DNA from: Escherichia coli O127:H6 str. E2348/69
GTDB taxonomy: Bacteria > Pseudomonadota > Gammaproteobacteria > Enterobacterales > Enterobacteriaceae
Assembly (NCBI RefSeq): GCF_000026545.1
Contig: NC_011601.1
DNA length: 64,000 nucleotides
Reading direction: 5' to 3' (one strand)
This document shows positions 23,505-35,648 of the stretch, piece by piece. Position 1 is the first letter of the stretch; every line of letters starts with the position of its first letter. The translations under genes were made by a program, and so were the position numbers. The notes under the pieces are model-generated. The model worked only from the letters and a program-made list of their open reading frames with translations. It did not search any database and was not told where the DNA came from.

Positions 23505-24348
23505 CGTTGTGGAAACGCGCCGCAATGATGTGGCGCGCATTTTCAACATTCAGCGTTATTCACTGAATGACGGCGAGGGCATTCGTACGGTGGTCTTTTT
23601 TAAAGGCTGTCCACATCTTTGCCCGTGGTGTGCTAATCCGGAGTCGATCTCCGGCAAAATCCAGACTGTACGCAGAGAGGCGAAATGTCTGCACTGTGCG
23701 AAATGTTTGCGTGATGCGGATGAATGCCCCTCCGGTGCGTTTGAACGGATTGGTCGCGATATCAGCCTTGACGCTCTGGAACGGGAAGTGATGAAAGATG
23801 ACATTTTCTTTCGCACGTCCGGCGGCGGCGTCACGCTTTCTGGCGGCGAAGTGTTAATGCAGGCGGAGTTTGCTACTCTTTTTTTACAGCGGCTGCGGTT
23901 GTGGGGTGTGTCATGCGCCATCGAAACTGCCGGAGACGCGCCAGCCAGCAAGCTGTTACCGCTGGCGAAATTGTGCGATGAAGTGTTGTTCGATTTAAAA
24001 ATTATGGACGCGACTCAGGCGCGGGATGTGGTGAAGATGAACCTGCCACGCGTGCTGGAGAATCTGCGTTTGCTGGTGAGTGAGGGTGTCAACGTGATCC
24101 CGCGTTTACCGCTGATCCCCGGTTTCACGCTCAGTCGGGAGAATATGCAGCAGGCTCTGGACGTGCTGCTCCCGCTGAATATCAGGCAGATCCATCTGTT
24201 ACCGTTTCATCAGTACGGCGAACCGAAATACCGCCTGCTGGGGAAAACATGGTCGATGAAAGAGGTGCCTGCGCCGTCGTCAGCTGATGTGGCAACGATG
24301 CGCGAAATGGCAGAACGGGCCGGATTTCAGGTTACCGTGGGAGGTTAA
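23470..24348 (+). CDS. pflC: glycyl-radical enzyme activating protein (radical SAM)
   Basis: ORF 23401..24348; start at ATG 23470 (MTSSAGQRISCNVVETRRND...), 292 aa; CxxxCxxC radical-SAM motif (CPHLCPWC); overlaps the pflD 3' end. Confidence 0.9.
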   Translation: MTSSAGQRISCNVVETRRNDVARIFNIQRYSLNDGEGIRTVVFFKGCPHLCPWCANPESISGKIQTVRREAKCLHCAKCLRDADECPSGAFERIGRDISLDALEREVMKDDIFFRTSGGGVTLSGGEVLMQAEFATLFLQRLRLWGVSCAIETAGDAPASKLLPLAKLCDEVLFDLKIMDATQARDVVKMNLPRVLENLRLLVSEGVNVIPRLPLIPGFTLSRENMQQALDVLLPLNIRQIHLLPFHQYGEPKYRLLGKTWSMKEVPAPSSADVATMREMAERAGFQVTVGG

Positions 24349-24349
24349 A

Positions 24350-24691
24350 ATGGCATACCTGGTGGCAGTAACCGCCTGCGTCAGTGGCGTGGCGCATACT
24401 TATATGGCGGCGGAACGGCTGGAAAAGTTGTGCCTGTTAGAGAAGTGGGGCGTCAGCATTGAAACTCAGGGCGCGCTGGGAACGGAGAATCGTTTAGCGG
24501 ACGAGGATATCCGTCGGGCGGATGTTGCTCTGTTGATTACGGATATCGAGCTTGCCGGTGCCGAGCGATTTGAACATTGCCGCTACGTGCAATGCAGCAT
24601 CTACGCTTTCCTGCGTGAGCCGCAGCGGGTGATGAGCGCGGTACGCAAAGTGCTTTCTGCGCCGCAGCAAACCCATCTCATTCTGGAGTAG
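24350..24691 (+). CDS. frwD: PTS fructose-like EIIB component 2
   Basis: ORF 24287..24691; start at ATG 24350 with GGGAGG RBS (MAYLVAVTACVSGVAHTYMAAERLE...), 113 aa. Confidence 0.88.
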   Translation: MAYLVAVTACVSGVAHTYMAAERLEKLCLLEKWGVSIETQGALGTENRLADEDIRRADVALLITDIELAGAERFEHCRYVQCSIYAFLREPQRVMSAVRKVLSAPQQTHLILE

Positions 24692-25529
24692 TCGGTTTTT
24701 CTGTCAGTTGGCTGTGGTACTGCCGACGATATTCCGACGGCGAGCGTTCGGTATTTTTACGAAACAGACGGCAGAAGTAGTTGCTGTCGACAAAGCCGCA
24801 GGCGTGCGCCACTTCTTTTACCTTCAGGTCATAGCCTTTCAATAATGTCTTAGCGTGCTCCAGTCGCGTGTGATTCAGGTATTCGTTAAAACCAATGGCC
24901 CCCGTTTTTTGAAACAGGTGCGAGAGGTAATTTGGCGAAATATAGAACGCCTGTGCGACAGATTCGCGGGTAAGTGCGGAGGCATAGCGTTCGTCGATAT
25001 AATCACGAATAGCTTCGAATAGAGCCTGGCTGCGTGAGGCGGTCTGTATTTGGCTGCCGAGCAAATCGCGGCAGTGGCTAAGCAGGCTGGTGACGATAAG
25101 TCTGGCCGTTTGCTGCTCCTGCGACTGCATTTGCATTTCATTGAGCGTTTGTAGCAGAAAAGAACCAATGCGCGGGCCGCGTCGGGCGACGTGTTGCTTC
25201 GCCAGATTTTGATATTGTTTGCCATCCCATTGCACAACGCTGAAGCCGAGTTGCTGTTTGCCAAACAGCACGCTAAAGGTGGTGGCGGGGGCTTGCCATT
25301 GTGGAAAATTCCAGCCACCAGCAGGGACGTACAGCACATCGCCGGGAACTAACGCTGCTCCAGCGCCGGTATCAATAAACTCACCTTCCAGCACAATTTC
25401 CAGCCGTGGAAAATCGACCTGATACGCAAGATCGGGCACCGGGCCGTTGCTGCTGGCAAAGTAAATCTGGCGCAGGGACAGCGGGCCGTTGATCAGGCGG
25501 GAGAGCAGATAGCTGACGTCGTGATACAT
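24678..25529 (-). CDS. yijO: AraC-family transcriptional regulator
   Basis: 283-aa ORF with an AraC-type HTH C-terminus; K-12 yijO position, convergent with frwD. Confidence 0.88.
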   Translation of the reverse strand: MYHDVSYLLSRLINGPLSLRQIYFASSNGPVPDLAYQVDFPRLEIVLEGEFIDTGAGAALVPGDVLYVPAGGWNFPQWQAPATTFSVLFGKQQLGFSVVQWDGKQYQNLAKQHVARRGPRIGSFLLQTLNEMQMQSQEQQTARLIVTSLLSHCRDLLGSQIQTASRSQALFEAIRDYIDERYASALTRESVAQAFYISPNYLSHLFQKTGAIGFNEYLNHTRLEHAKTLLKGYDLKVKEVAHACGFVDSNYFCRLFRKNTERSPSEYRRQYHSQLTEKPTTPE

Positions 25530-25652
25530 GTTATTCCCTTAGGTATGTAGACGGGAAAACAGTAACTGGCATTATGAAAAAAGGCCACCTGAAAAGTGTG
25601 GCCTGATGGGAGTGAGATGTAAACATTGCGGCAGTTTCAGTCGACTTGTATT

Positions 25653-25735
<83 letters not shown>

Positions 25736-25754
25736 AATAACATCTGGCTGATAA

Positions 25755-27488
25755 TTACTGATTACCCACCTGATCGCCATACGGCAGAGTGTCGTAATCG
25801 ATCAGTGCGTTTTTCTTATACGGGTTACCAATCCAGCGGGTAGTTTCTTTGAACTGCGGATTCACCACTGAACGGGTTGGATCGTAACCGTCGTAAGATA
25901 AGCCCGCCAAATCTGACCAGGTGTGGATCAGTTCCGCCAGGCTGTATTTACGATCAACATCCTGTGAGAAATCACGCGGATGAGTCGCTTGCCATTTTTC
26001 TGACGTCCACAGCAGGAACGGAATGGTGTACATATGACGCGTCGGGTTGTCTTCATTACGCCCCTGAGTTTTGTGCGGCGGCGTGTCGTAAACCTCTTCA
26101 CCGTGGTCAGAGAAATAAACCAGGAAACCGTTCGGATCGGTCGCTTTAAAGTCTTTAATCAGGCTGGCAACCACGTGATCGTTGTACAGGTTAGCATTGT
26201 CATAATCATTATATGACTCCAGCTCTTCTGCGTTTAATCCCGGTGGAACATGCTCTGTATTACCGTCAAATTTGCCCTGATCTTCCGGATAACGGTACTT
26301 GTACTTGATATGCGTACCCAGCAGATGAACGATGATCAGTTTCTTCGGCGCAGGGTCCTTCAGCACTTCCTGGAACGGCTTCAGCACGTTGGTGTCATAT
26401 TCACGCGCACTCTGCGTACGTTGCTGGTTCATGTAGTACTGCTTGTCGGTCTGGCGCGAAAATACCGTCAGCATGGTATTGCGGGCGGTCATCGTCTGCT
26501 GGTTGGTGATCCAGAAGGTTTTATAACCCGCCTGTTTCATCATGTTCATCAGCGACGGATGCGTCAGATACAGATCCGGGTTCTTTTCATTGGCAAAGGT
26601 CAGCGCCTGTTGCAGGATTTCAATGGTGTACGGACGAGACGTAACCACGTTATTAAACACGGTCAGATTCGGATCGGTTTTATGCAGCGCATCCAGCTCC
26701 GGCGTGGTTTCACGCGGATAACCGTACAGACTCATGCGTCCACGCTGGGTCGATTCGCCAATTACCAGCACTAAGGTGCGCGGTTCGTTACCCGATTCAT
26801 CTTTGAAATTAGCCAGCGGCGGCAAGGCATTATTTTCATTCAGTAGCTTTGTTAGCGAGTTTAGTTGCTGACGATACTGATAATAGCCGGTCAGGAATTG
26901 CCACGGTGCGGCAGGCTCCATACGCGATGCCAGGTTACCCAACGTTTTCTCAAACGGCTTGTTCTTGATAAACGTATTCATGGCGATCGGATGCAGAATC
27001 AAGCCATAAAGCAGGGCAAAAGAGACAACATAACGCCACGGCTTTGGAATATAGACCGGGCGCAGGCGTGTCCACAGCAGAACTGCCACCGCCGTATAGG
27101 CCAGCGCGATAAGCACAATTTTCAGGCTGAAATACTGGCTTAAATACTCGCTGGCTTCGTTGGTGTTGGTTTCGAACATCACAAACAGAACGCTCTGCGA
27201 GAACTCCTGACCGTAGATGACGTAATAGCACAGCGCCGCCAGAGAGGCCGCCCATAGCACCACGCCGATCACTGCGGCAATAATTTTAATCCGCTTCGGA
27301 AAGAGGAATACCGGGATCAACCACAGCGAACTGAATAACAGCGAGTCGCGAATGCCGTTAGTGCCACTATAACCACTGATGTAAATAATGGCCTGTAGCA
27401 GAGTAGAGAAAAACCAAAAGTAGAGCAGTGCCCAACCCAGGGCTTTCCAGCTAAAAAGGGGTTTAGCCTGGACTTCTGTGGAATGCAT
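25755..27488 (-). CDS. eptC: phosphoethanolamine transferase (LPS core modification)
   Basis: ORF 25755..27533; start at ATG 27486-27488 (MHSTEVQAKPLFSWKALGWALLYFWFF...), 577 aa; sulfatase-family domain after N-terminal TM helices. Confidence 0.92.
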   Translation of the reverse strand: MHSTEVQAKPLFSWKALGWALLYFWFFSTLLQAIIYISGYSGTNGIRDSLLFSSLWLIPVFLFPKRIKIIAAVIGVVLWAASLAALCYYVIYGQEFSQSVLFVMFETNTNEASEYLSQYFSLKIVLIALAYTAVAVLLWTRLRPVYIPKPWRYVVSFALLYGLILHPIAMNTFIKNKPFEKTLGNLASRMEPAAPWQFLTGYYQYRQQLNSLTKLLNENNALPPLANFKDESGNEPRTLVLVIGESTQRGRMSLYGYPRETTPELDALHKTDPNLTVFNNVVTSRPYTIEILQQALTFANEKNPDLYLTHPSLMNMMKQAGYKTFWITNQQTMTARNTMLTVFSRQTDKQYYMNQQRTQSAREYDTNVLKPFQEVLKDPAPKKLIIVHLLGTHIKYKYRYPEDQGKFDGNTEHVPPGLNAEELESYNDYDNANLYNDHVVASLIKDFKATDPNGFLVYFSDHGEEVYDTPPHKTQGRNEDNPTRHMYTIPFLLWTSEKWQATHPRDFSQDVDRKYSLAELIHTWSDLAGLSYDGYDPTRSVVNPQFKETTRWIGNPYKKNALIDYDTLPYGDQVGNQ

Positions 27489-27670
27489 AGTAAGAACCTG
27501 TCTTGAAAAAAATATCGCCGAGTGTAACGACAATTCCTTAAGGATATCTGAAGGGATATCCAGATTTTGAATAAAATGCAGACAGAAATATATTGAAAAC
27601 GAGGGTGTTAGAACAGAAGTATTTCAGAAAACCCTCGCGCAAAAGCACGAGGGTTTGCAGGAGAGGAAGA

Positions 27671-30322
27671 TTAGCCGGTATTACGCATACCTGCCGCAAT
27701 CCCGGCAATAGTGACCATTAACGCCTGCTCGACGCGAGGATCCGGTTCCTGGCCTTCTTTTTCTGCCTGGCGGGAGCGGTGCAGCAACTCGGCCTGCAAT
27801 ACGTTCAGCGGGTCGGTGTAAATATTCCGTAGCTGAATAGACTCTGCAATCCACGGCAGATCGGCCATCAGGTGAGAATCGTTGGCAATCGCCAGCACCA
27901 CTTTGATGTCTTCTTCTTGCAGATTGCGTAACTCTTTACCTAACGGCCACAGTGCTTTGTCGACCAGGCGTTGGTCATAGTATTCTGCCAGCCACAGGTC
28001 TGCTTTGGCGAAGACCATCTCCAGCATGCCGAGACGCGTCGAGAAGAATGGCCAATCGCGGCACATGGCTTCCAGCTCGCTCTGTTTACCATCTTCGACC
28101 ACTTTTTGCAGCGCCGTACCTGCACCCAGCCAGGCGGGGAGCATCAGGCGGTTTTGCGTCCAGGCGAAAATCCACGGAATAGCGCGCAGTGACTCGACGC
28201 CGCCGGTTGGGCGACGTTTCGCCGGACGTGAACCCAACGGCAGTTTACCCAATTCTTGTTCCGGCGTAGCGGAGCGGAAGTAAGGCACAAAATCTTTGTT
28301 TTCACGTACGTAGCCGCGGTAGACATCGCAAGAGATAACAGACAGTTCATCCATAATACGACGCCAGCTCTCTTTCGGCTCAGGCGGTGGCAGCAGGTTG
28401 GCTTCCAGAATCGCCCCGGTGTACAGCGACAGGCTGCTGACGGTGATTTCTGGCAGACCATATTTAAAGCGGATCATCTCGCCCTGTTCGGTCACGCGCA
28501 GGCCACCTTTCAGGCTTCCTGGCGGTTGTGACAGCAGCGCCGCATGGGCAGGTGCGCCGCCGCGACCAATGGAACCGCCGCGACCGTGGAACAACGTCAG
28601 CTCAATACCCGCTTTTTCGCAGGTTTTGATTAATGCATCCTGTGCCTGATATTGCGCCCAGGAAGCTGCCATCACGCCCGCATCTTTTGCTGAGTCGGAA
28701 TAGCCAATCATCACCATCTGTTTGCCCTGAATCAGGCCGCGATACCAGTCGATATTCAGCAGCTGGGTCATGACATCGTTGGCGTTGTTCAGGTCATCGA
28801 GGGTTTCAAACAGCGGAGCAACCGGCATCGCAAACCCGATACCCGCTTCTTTCAGCAGCAGGTGGACAGCCAGCACGTCGGACGGCGTTTTCGCCATCGA
28901 GATCACGTAGGCGGCAATGGAGCCTTGCGGCGCTTCGGCAATCACCTGGCAGGTATCGAGCACTTCGCGCGTTTCGGCGCTTGGTTGCCAGTTGCGTGGT
29001 AGCAGCGGACGTTTGGAGTTCAGTTCGCGGATCAGGAATGCCTGTTTGTCGGCCTCTGACCAGCTTTCATAATCGCCGATGCCGAGATAGCGGGTCAGCT
29101 CGCCCAATGCTTCGGTATGGCGGGTGCTCTCCTGACGGATATCAATACGCACCAGCGGTACGCCGAAACATTTCACGCGGCGCAGGGTGTCGAGCAGATC
29201 GCCATTGGCGATAATACCCATGCCACACGCCTGAAGTGACTGGTAGCAAGCGTAGAGCGGTTCCCACAGTTCTTCGTTTTGTGTCAGCAGACCTTCTGGT
29301 TTTGGCAATTCTTCGCCTTTCAGGCGCGCTTCCAGCCATGCCTGTGTCGCCATCAGGCGAGAACGCAGGTTTTTCATCAGATAGCGATACGGTTCTGCGG
29401 CACCCTCTTCGCCAACCAGCGCCAGCAGTTCAGGGGTGGCTTCAACCATCGACAGTTCAGAAACCAGAACCTGAATATCTTTCAGGAACAAATCGGTGGC
29501 TTTCCAGCGGCTGAGTAGCAGGACGTGGCGGGTGATATCGGCAGTGACGTTCGGGTTGCCGTCGCGGTCACCGCCCATCCACGAGGTAAAACGGACCGGA
29601 ACAAATTCGACGGGCAGTTTGTAGCCGAGGTTCTCTTCCAGTTGTTCGTTCAGTTCGCGCAGGTAATTCGGTACGCCTTGCCACAGGCTGTTTTCTACTA
29701 CGGCAAAGCCCCATTTGGCTTCATCTACCGGGCTTGGGCGCAGTTTACGGATTTCATCGGTATGCCATGACTGGGCGATCAACTGGCGCAGGCGGCGCAT
29801 CAGCTGGTTGTGTTCGTAGTCGGCGATATCTTTGTTATCGAGCTGTTTTAAACAGGCGTTCACTTCCACCATTTTGTGGATCAGTGTACGACGGGTAATT
29901 TCGGTTGGGTGAGCCGTGAGGACCAGTTCCAGCGACAGCGATTCCACTGCTTTTTTGATGGTGTCTTCGCTCAGTTCCGGCTGGTTTTTCAGTTTACGCA
30001 GGGTGCGGGCGATCACTTCCGGGTTGCTGGCAGCTTCGCCTTTTGGCGAAATGCTGTGGTATTGCTCGGCGGTGTTGGCCAGGTTCAGAAACTGACTAAA
30101 CGCACGCGCAACGGGCAGCAGCTCGTCGTTCGACAAATTTTGTAAGGTGGTGAGCAACTCCTGGCGGTTAGCATCATTGCCAGCGCGTGAAGATTTGGAC
30201 AACTTACGGATAGTTTCTACGCGTTCAAGAATGTGTTCTCCTAACGCATCCTTGATGGTTTCTCCCAGCACTTTGCCGAGCATACTGACATTACTACGCA
30301 ATGCGGAATATTGTTCGTTCAT
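27671..30322 (-). CDS. ppc: phosphoenolpyruvate carboxylase
   Basis: 883-aa ORF ([29 protein letters not shown]...; C-terminus ...MRNTG) matching E. coli Ppc. Confidence 0.97.
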   Translation of the reverse strand: MNEQYSALRSNVSMLGKVLGETIKDALGEHILERVETIRKLSKSSRAGNDANRQELLTTLQNLSNDELLPVARAFSQFLNLANTAEQYHSISPKGEAASNPEVIARTLRKLKNQPELSEDTIKKAVESLSLELVLTAHPTEITRRTLIHKMVEVNACLKQLDNKDIADYEHNQLMRRLRQLIAQSWHTDEIRKLRPSPVDEAKWGFAVVENSLWQGVPNYLRELNEQLEENLGYKLPVEFVPVRFTSWMGGDRDGNPNVTADITRHVLLLSRWKATDLFLKDIQVLVSELSMVEATPELLALVGEEGAAEPYRYLMKNLRSRLMATQAWLEARLKGEELPKPEGLLTQNEELWEPLYACYQSLQACGMGIIANGDLLDTLRRVKCFGVPLVRIDIRQESTRHTEALGELTRYLGIGDYESWSEADKQAFLIRELNSKRPLLPRNWQPSAETREVLDTCQVIAEAPQGSIAAYVISMAKTPSDVLAVHLLLKEAGIGFAMPVAPLFETLDDLNNANDVMTQLLNIDWYRGLIQGKQMVMIGYSDSAKDAGVMAASWAQYQAQDALIKTCEKAGIELTLFHGRGGSIGRGGAPAHAALLSQPPGSLKGGLRVTEQGEMIRFKYGLPEITVSSLSLYTGAILEANLLPPPEPKESWRRIMDELSVISCDVYRGYVRENKDFVPYFRSATPEQELGKLPLGSRPAKRRPTGGVESLRAIPWIFAWTQNRLMLPAWLGAGTALQKVVEDGKQSELEAMCRDWPFFSTRLGMLEMVFAKADLWLAEYYDQRLVDKALWPLGKELRNLQEEDIKVVLAIANDSHLMADLPWIAESIQLRNIYTDPLNVLQAELLHRSRQAEKEGQEPDPRVEQALMVTIAGIAAGMRNTG

Positions 30323-30570
30323 ATTACCCCAGACACCCCATCTTATCGTTTGATAGCCCTGTATCCTTCACGTCGCATTGGCGCGAATATGCTCGGGCTT
30401 TGCTTTTCGTCGTCTTTTATAAAGCCACGTAAAAGCGGTGACGTCAAATGCTGCGAAATCGCTTCAGCAAACGAATAAATAGCAGGAATTTACGCTATTA
30501 AATTCACGACGCTTTAAATAAGCGTAACTTATGGGAATGTTAAAAAATCGCCTCGAGTAACACCAAAGGT

Positions 30571-30608
30571 GTAGGTCGGATAAGATGCGTAAGCATCGCA
30601 TCCGACAT
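30571..30608. repeat. REP palindromic unit
   Basis: GTAGGTCGGATAAGATGCGTAAGCATCGCATCCGACA between ppc and argE. Confidence 0.7.
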
Positions 30609-30623
30609 TGTTTGGCCTACGTT

Positions 30624-31775
30624 TTAATGCCAGCAAAAATGGTGAATCACCTGGGTGATCAGTTCGCGGGTGGGCTTGATGAACCTCGTCTCCAGATATT
30701 CATCAGGCTGATGAGCCTGATTAATTGAGCCAGGCCCCAGAACCAGCGTCGGGCATAACGTTTGAATAAACGGCGCTTCGGTACAGTAATTCACCACTTC
30801 GGTCTTTGCTCCGAGCAATTTCTCAACCACTTCAACCAGTTTATGATTCGGTGGGCATTCATAGCCAGGGATCGGCGGATGCAGCTCGTCGACCGTCAGA
30901 CGACCCGGCCAGCGTTCGCTCACTGGAGCCAATGCATCGTTGAGCAAACCGTTAAGTTCATTGAGTGTCATGCCTGGCAGCGGACGAATATCCATATGCA
31001 ACTCACAGCAAGCACAAATACGGTTAGAAGCGTCGCCGCCGTGAATATGCCCGAGGTTGAGCGTAGGGTATGGCACGGTAAACGCGTCGTAGTGATAACG
31101 TTCTTTCAGGTTATCGCGCAATTGCAAAATATGCCCGATGGCGTCGTGCATCAGTTCGATAGCGTTAACTCCGCGTGCTGGATCGCTGGAGTGGCCCGAC
31201 TGGCCCTGAATACGGATGGCGTTAGAGATATGACCTTTATGCGCGCGTACCGGTTGCAGCGACGTTGGCTCGCCAATGATGGCGCAATCCGGGCGCAGGG
31301 CGGTAGTTTCGGCAAAATAACGCGCTCCGGCCATACTGGTTTCTTCATCGGCAGTCGCCAGAATGTAGAGCGGTTTTGCAAGCTTCGTGACGTCGACATC
31401 GCGTAGCGCATCAAGGATAAACGCAAAAAAGCCTTTCATGTCGGCGGTGCCTAAGCCGTAAAGCTTGCCGTCATGCTCCGTCAACGTAAATGGATCGCGC
31501 GTCCAGCGTCCGTCATCAAATGGCACCGTATCGGTATGCCCCGCCAGCAACAAACCGCCAGCCCCCTGTCCGCAACTGGCCAGCATATTAAATTTGTTGC
31601 GAGTTCCTGGCACAGGCTGTACTTCCACATTGAAGCCTAAATCCTTAAACCAGTCCGCCAGCAGAGTGATTAAATCTGCATTGCTTTGATCGAGTGCCTC
31701 TTCCGTGGCGCTTATTGAAGGTGTGGCAATCAGAGCACGGTAAATCTCGATAAATGGCGGTAATTTGTTTTTCAT
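30624..31775 (-). CDS. argE: acetylornithine deacetylase
   Basis: ORF 30624..31814; start at ATG 31773-31775 ([26 protein letters not shown]...), 383 aa, M20-family peptidase fold. Confidence 0.95.
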   Translation of the reverse strand: MKNKLPPFIEIYRALIATPSISATEEALDQSNADLITLLADWFKDLGFNVEVQPVPGTRNKFNMLASCGQGAGGLLLAGHTDTVPFDDGRWTRDPFTLTEHDGKLYGLGTADMKGFFAFILDALRDVDVTKLAKPLYILATADEETSMAGARYFAETTALRPDCAIIGEPTSLQPVRAHKGHISNAIRIQGQSGHSSDPARGVNAIELMHDAIGHILQLRDNLKERYHYDAFTVPYPTLNLGHIHGGDASNRICACCELHMDIRPLPGMTLNELNGLLNDALAPVSERWPGRLTVDELHPPIPGYECPPNHKLVEVVEKLLGAKTEVVNYCTEAPFIQTLCPTLVLGPGSINQAHQPDEYLETRFIKPTRELITQVIHHFCWH

Positions 31776-31802
31776 TGTTGACACACCTCTGGTCATGATA
31801 GT

Positions 31803-31842
31803 ATCAATATTCATGCAGTATTTATGAATAAAAATACACTAA
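31803..31842. promoter_or_regulatory. argE/argCBH divergent control region with ArgR operator (ARG boxes)
   Basis: AT-rich imperfect palindromes (AATATTCATGCAGTATTTATGAATAAAAATACA) resembling TGAAT....ATTCA ARG boxes between the divergent argE and argC starts. Confidence 0.45.
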
Positions 31843-31928
31843 CGTTGAGCGTAATAAAACCCACCAGCCGTAAGGTGAATGTTTTACGTTTAACCTGGCA
31901 ACCAGACATAAGAAGGTGAATAGCCCCG

Positions 31929-32933
31929 ATGTTGAATACGCTGATTGTGGGTGCCAGCGGCTACGCTGGCGCAGAGCTAGTGACCTATGTAAATCGCCAT
32001 CCGCATATGAACATAACCGCTTTGACTGTTTCAGCGCAAAGCAATGATGCGGGAAAGTTAATCTCCGATTTGCATCCGCAGCTAAAAGGCATCGTTGATC
32101 TGCCGTTGCAGCCGATGTCGGATATCAGCGAGTTTAGCCCAGGGGTGGACGTGGTGTTTCTCGCCACCGCCCATGAAGTCAGCCACGATTTAGCGCCGCA
32201 ATTTCTTGAAGCAGGCTGTGTGGTGTTCGACCTTTCCGGCGCGTTTCGTGTTAACGATGTCGCCTTCTATGAAAAATATTACGGCTTTACCCATCAATAC
32301 CCGGAACTGCTGGAACAGGCAGCCTACGGTCTGGCGGAGTGGTGCGGTAATAAATTAAAAGAAGCGAACTTGATTGCCGTGCCAGGCTGTTATCCGACGG
32401 CAGCACAGCTGGCGCTGAAACCGTTGATTGATGCCGATCTTCTTGACCTCAATCAGTGGCCGGTGATCAACGCCACCAGCGGCGTGAGCGGTGCAGGACG
32501 TAAGGCAGCGATTTCAAATAGTTTTTGTGAAGTTAGCCTGCAACCGTATGGCGTCTTTACCCATCGCCATCAACCAGAGATCGCCACACACCTCGGTGCT
32601 GACGTTATCTTCACCCCGCATCTGGGCAATTTCCCGCGCGGCATTCTCGAAACCATTACCTGCCGCCTGAAACCGGGTGTGAGCCAGGTGCAAGTGGCGC
32701 AAGCGTTACAGCAGGCGTATGCCCATAAACCACTGGTGCGGCTGTATGACAAAGGCGTTCCGGCGCTGAAAAATGTCGTTGGACTGCCATTCTGCGATAT
32801 CGGTTTTGCCGTTCAGGGCGAGCATCTGATTATTGTGGCGACCGAAGACAACTTACTGAAAGGCGCGGCGGCACAAGCGGTGCAGTGCGCCAATATTCGT
32901 TTCGGCTATGCGGAAACGCAGTCTCTTATTTAA
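31929..32933 (+). CDS. argC: N-acetyl-gamma-glutamyl-phosphate reductase
   Basis: 334-aa ORF ([32 protein letters not shown]...). Confidence 0.96.
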   Translation: MLNTLIVGASGYAGAELVTYVNRHPHMNITALTVSAQSNDAGKLISDLHPQLKGIVDLPLQPMSDISEFSPGVDVVFLATAHEVSHDLAPQFLEAGCVVFDLSGAFRVNDVAFYEKYYGFTHQYPELLEQAAYGLAEWCGNKLKEANLIAVPGCYPTAAQLALKPLIDADLLDLNQWPVINATSGVSGAGRKAAISNSFCEVSLQPYGVFTHRHQPEIATHLGADVIFTPHLGNFPRGILETITCRLKPGVSQVQVAQALQQAYAHKPLVRLYDKGVPALKNVVGLPFCDIGFAVQGEHLIIVATEDNLLKGAAAQAVQCANIRFGYAETQSLI

Positions 32934-32940
32934 GGGTGCA

Positions 32941-33717
32941 ATGATGAATCCATTAATTATCAAACTGGGTGGCGTACTGCTGGATAGTGAAGAGGCGCTG
33001 GAACGTCTGTTTAGCGCACTGGTGAATTATCGCGAGTCACATCAGCGTCAGCTGGTGATTGTGCACGGCGGCGGTTGCGTGGTGGATGAGCTGATGAAAG
33101 GGCTGAATCTGCCGGTGAAAAAGAAAAATGGCCTGCGGGTGACGCCTGCGGATCAGATAGACATTATCACCGGAGCACTGGCGGGAACGGCAAATAAAAC
33201 CCTGCTGGCATGGGCGAAGAAGCATCAGATTGCGGCCGTAGGTTTGTTTCTCGGTGACGGCGACAGCGTCAAAGTGACCCAGCTTGATGAAGAGTTAGGC
33301 CATGTTGGACTGGCGCAGCCAGGTTCGCCTAAGCTTATCAACAGCTTGCTGGAGAACGGTTATCTGCCGGTGGTCAGCTCCATTGGCGTAACAAACGAAG
33401 GGCAACTGATGAACGTCAATGCCGACCAGGCGGCGACGGCGCTGGCGGCAACGCTGGGCGCGGATCTGATTTTGCTCTCTGACGTCAGCGGCATTCTCGA
33501 CGGCAAAGGGCAACGTATTGCCGAAATGACCGCCGCGAAAGCAGAACAACTGATTGAGCAGGGCATTATTACTGACGGCATGATTGTGAAAGTGAACGCG
33601 GCGCTGGATGCTGCGCGCACGTTGGGCCGTCCGGTAGATATCGCCTCCTGGCGTCATGCGGAACAGCTTCCGGCACTGTTTAACGGTATGCCGATGGGTA
33701 CGCGGATTTTAGCTTAA
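32941..33717 (+). CDS. argB: acetylglutamate kinase
   Basis: ORF 32908..33717; start at ATG 32941 ([24 protein letters not shown]...), 258 aa. Confidence 0.95.
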   Translation: MMNPLIIKLGGVLLDSEEALERLFSALVNYRESHQRQLVIVHGGGCVVDELMKGLNLPVKKKNGLRVTPADQIDIITGALAGTANKTLLAWAKKHQIAAVGLFLGDGDSVKVTQLDEELGHVGLAQPGSPKLINSLLENGYLPVVSSIGVTNEGQLMNVNADQAATALAATLGADLILLSDVSGILDGKGQRIAEMTAAKAEQLIEQGIITDGMIVKVNAALDAARTLGRPVDIASWRHAEQLPALFNGMPMGTRILA

Positions 33718-33777
33718 GTTTTGTTGGCCGGAGACGCAGCTTTCCGGCATTGAATTTCAAAATAAGGAAACAGAGTT

Positions 33778-35151
33778 ATGGCACTTTGGGGCGGGCGTTT
33801 TACCCAGGCAGCAGATCAACGGTTCAAACAATTCAACGACTCACTGCGCTTTGATTACCGTCTGGCGGAGCAGGATATTGTTGGCTCTGTGGCCTGGTCC
33901 AAAGCCCTGGTAACGGTCGGCGTGTTAACCGCAGAAGAGCAGGCGCAACTGGAAGAGGCGCTGAACGTGCTGCTGGAAGATGTTCGCGCCAGGCCACAAC
34001 AAATCCTTGAAAGCGACGCCGAAGATATCCATAGCTGGGTGGAAGGCAAACTGATCGACAAAGTGGGTCAGTTAGGCAAAAAACTGCATACCGGGCGTAG
34101 CCGTAATGATCAGGTAGCAACTGACCTGAAACTGTGGTGCAAAGATACCGTTAGCGAGTTGCTGACGGCTAACCGGCAGTTACAATCCGCTCTGGTCGAG
34201 ACCGCGCAGAACAATCAGGACGCGGTGATGCCGGGTTACACTCACCTGCAACGCGCCCAGCCGGTGACGTTCGCTCACTGGTGCCTGGCCTACGTTGAGA
34301 TGCTGGCGCGTGATGAAAGCCGTTTGCAGGACGCGCTTAAGCGTCTGGATGTCAGCCCGCTAGGCTGTGGCGCACTGGCAGGAACGGCCTATGAAATCGA
34401 CCGTGAACAGTTAGCAGGCTGGCTGGGCTTTGCTTCGGCGACCCGTAACAGTCTCGACAGCGTTTCTGACCGTGACCATGTGTTGGAACTGCTTTCTGCT
34501 GCCGCTATCGGCATGGTGCATCTGTCGCGTTTTGCTGAAGATCTGATTTTCTTTAACACCGGCGAAGCGGGGTTTGTGGAGCTTTCTGACCGTGTGACTT
34601 CCGGTTCATCATTAATGCCGCAGAAGAAAAACCCGGATGCGCTGGAGCTGATTCGCGGTAAATGCGGTCGGGTGCAGGGGGCGTTAACCGGCATGATGAT
34701 GACGCTGAAAGGTTTGCCGCTGGCTTACAACAAAGATATGCAGGAAGACAAAGAAGGTCTGTTCGACGCGCTCGATACCTGGCTGGACTGCCTGCATATG
34801 GCGGCGCTGGTGCTGGACGGCATTCAGGTGAAACGTCCGCGTTGCCAGGAAGCGGCGCAGCAGGGTTACGCCAACGCTACTGAACTGGCGGATTATCTGG
34901 TGGCGAAAGGCGTACCGTTCCGCGAGGCGCACCATATTGTGGGTGAGGCGGTGGTGGAAGCCATTCGTCAGGGCAAACCGCTGGAAGATCTGCCACTCAG
35001 TGAGTTGCAGAAATTCAGCCTGGTGATTGGCGAAGATGTCTATCCGATTCTGTCGCTGCAATCGTGCCTCGACAAGCGTGCGGCAAAAGGCGGTGTCTCA
35101 CCGCAACAGGTGGCGCAGGCGATTGCTTTTGCGCAGGCACGGTTGGGGTAA
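33778..35151 (+). CDS. argH: argininosuccinate lyase
   Basis: 457-aa ORF ([44 protein letters not shown]...), fumarate-lyase family. Confidence 0.96.
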   Translation: MALWGGRFTQAADQRFKQFNDSLRFDYRLAEQDIVGSVAWSKALVTVGVLTAEEQAQLEEALNVLLEDVRARPQQILESDAEDIHSWVEGKLIDKVGQLGKKLHTGRSRNDQVATDLKLWCKDTVSELLTANRQLQSALVETAQNNQDAVMPGYTHLQRAQPVTFAHWCLAYVEMLARDESRLQDALKRLDVSPLGCGALAGTAYEIDREQLAGWLGFASATRNSLDSVSDRDHVLELLSAAAIGMVHLSRFAEDLIFFNTGEAGFVELSDRVTSGSSLMPQKKNPDALELIRGKCGRVQGALTGMMMTLKGLPLAYNKDMQEDKEGLFDALDTWLDCLHMAALVLDGIQVKRPRCQEAAQQGYANATELADYLVAKGVPFREAHHIVGEAVVEAIRQGKPLEDLPLSELQKFSLVIGEDVYPILSLQSCLDKRAAKGGVSPQQVAQAIAFAQARLG

Positions 35152-35212
35152 TTTGTTTATATTGCTCCCCTGAAAATGGGGAGCTTACCACGCTTACAAA
35201 GTGTGACACTTC

Positions 35213-35245
35213 GTAGGCGGATAAGGCGTTTACGCCGCATCAGGC
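35213..35245. repeat. REP palindromic unit downstream of argH
   Basis: GTAGGCGGATAAGGCGTTTACGCCGCATCAGGC. Confidence 0.7.
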
Positions 35246-35648
35246 AGAAATTTGTCAGTATTCTGGTGACCTTAAATTTAACGCCCAACCAGAACCATTA
35301 TTTGCCACATTCCTTTTTATTCTTGCGTCTTCTTTACCTTCACTCTCCCCATAAAAATTATATTTTCAATACATCAACCAATACATACTTTAATTAATTG
35401 AATATAATTTATTTCTATTGTTGTGTTCATTTTTAATGATTAATGGAGTTTGTTATGTGATTACTTAACGTGTTGTTTTAACGATGATGGCTAATTATTC
35501 AGGTGGTTTTTGAGGGTGTTTTTTCTCCTCGGTAGAAATTTTTATTTTTAATGTGATCACGGTTGAATAATCACCTTTTCTCTCTTGTATGGTAGTAGGC
35601 GTAAAATTAAGTTTGAAGTGTCTATTTACAATACAGGAGATTGCAATA

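Noticed and set aside
35160-35190. Hairpin CTCCCC-TGAAAAT-GGGGAG after argH as an intrinsic terminator
   Set aside because: The stem is short and not followed by a T-run; it may be part of the adjacent REP-type structure rather than a classical terminator.
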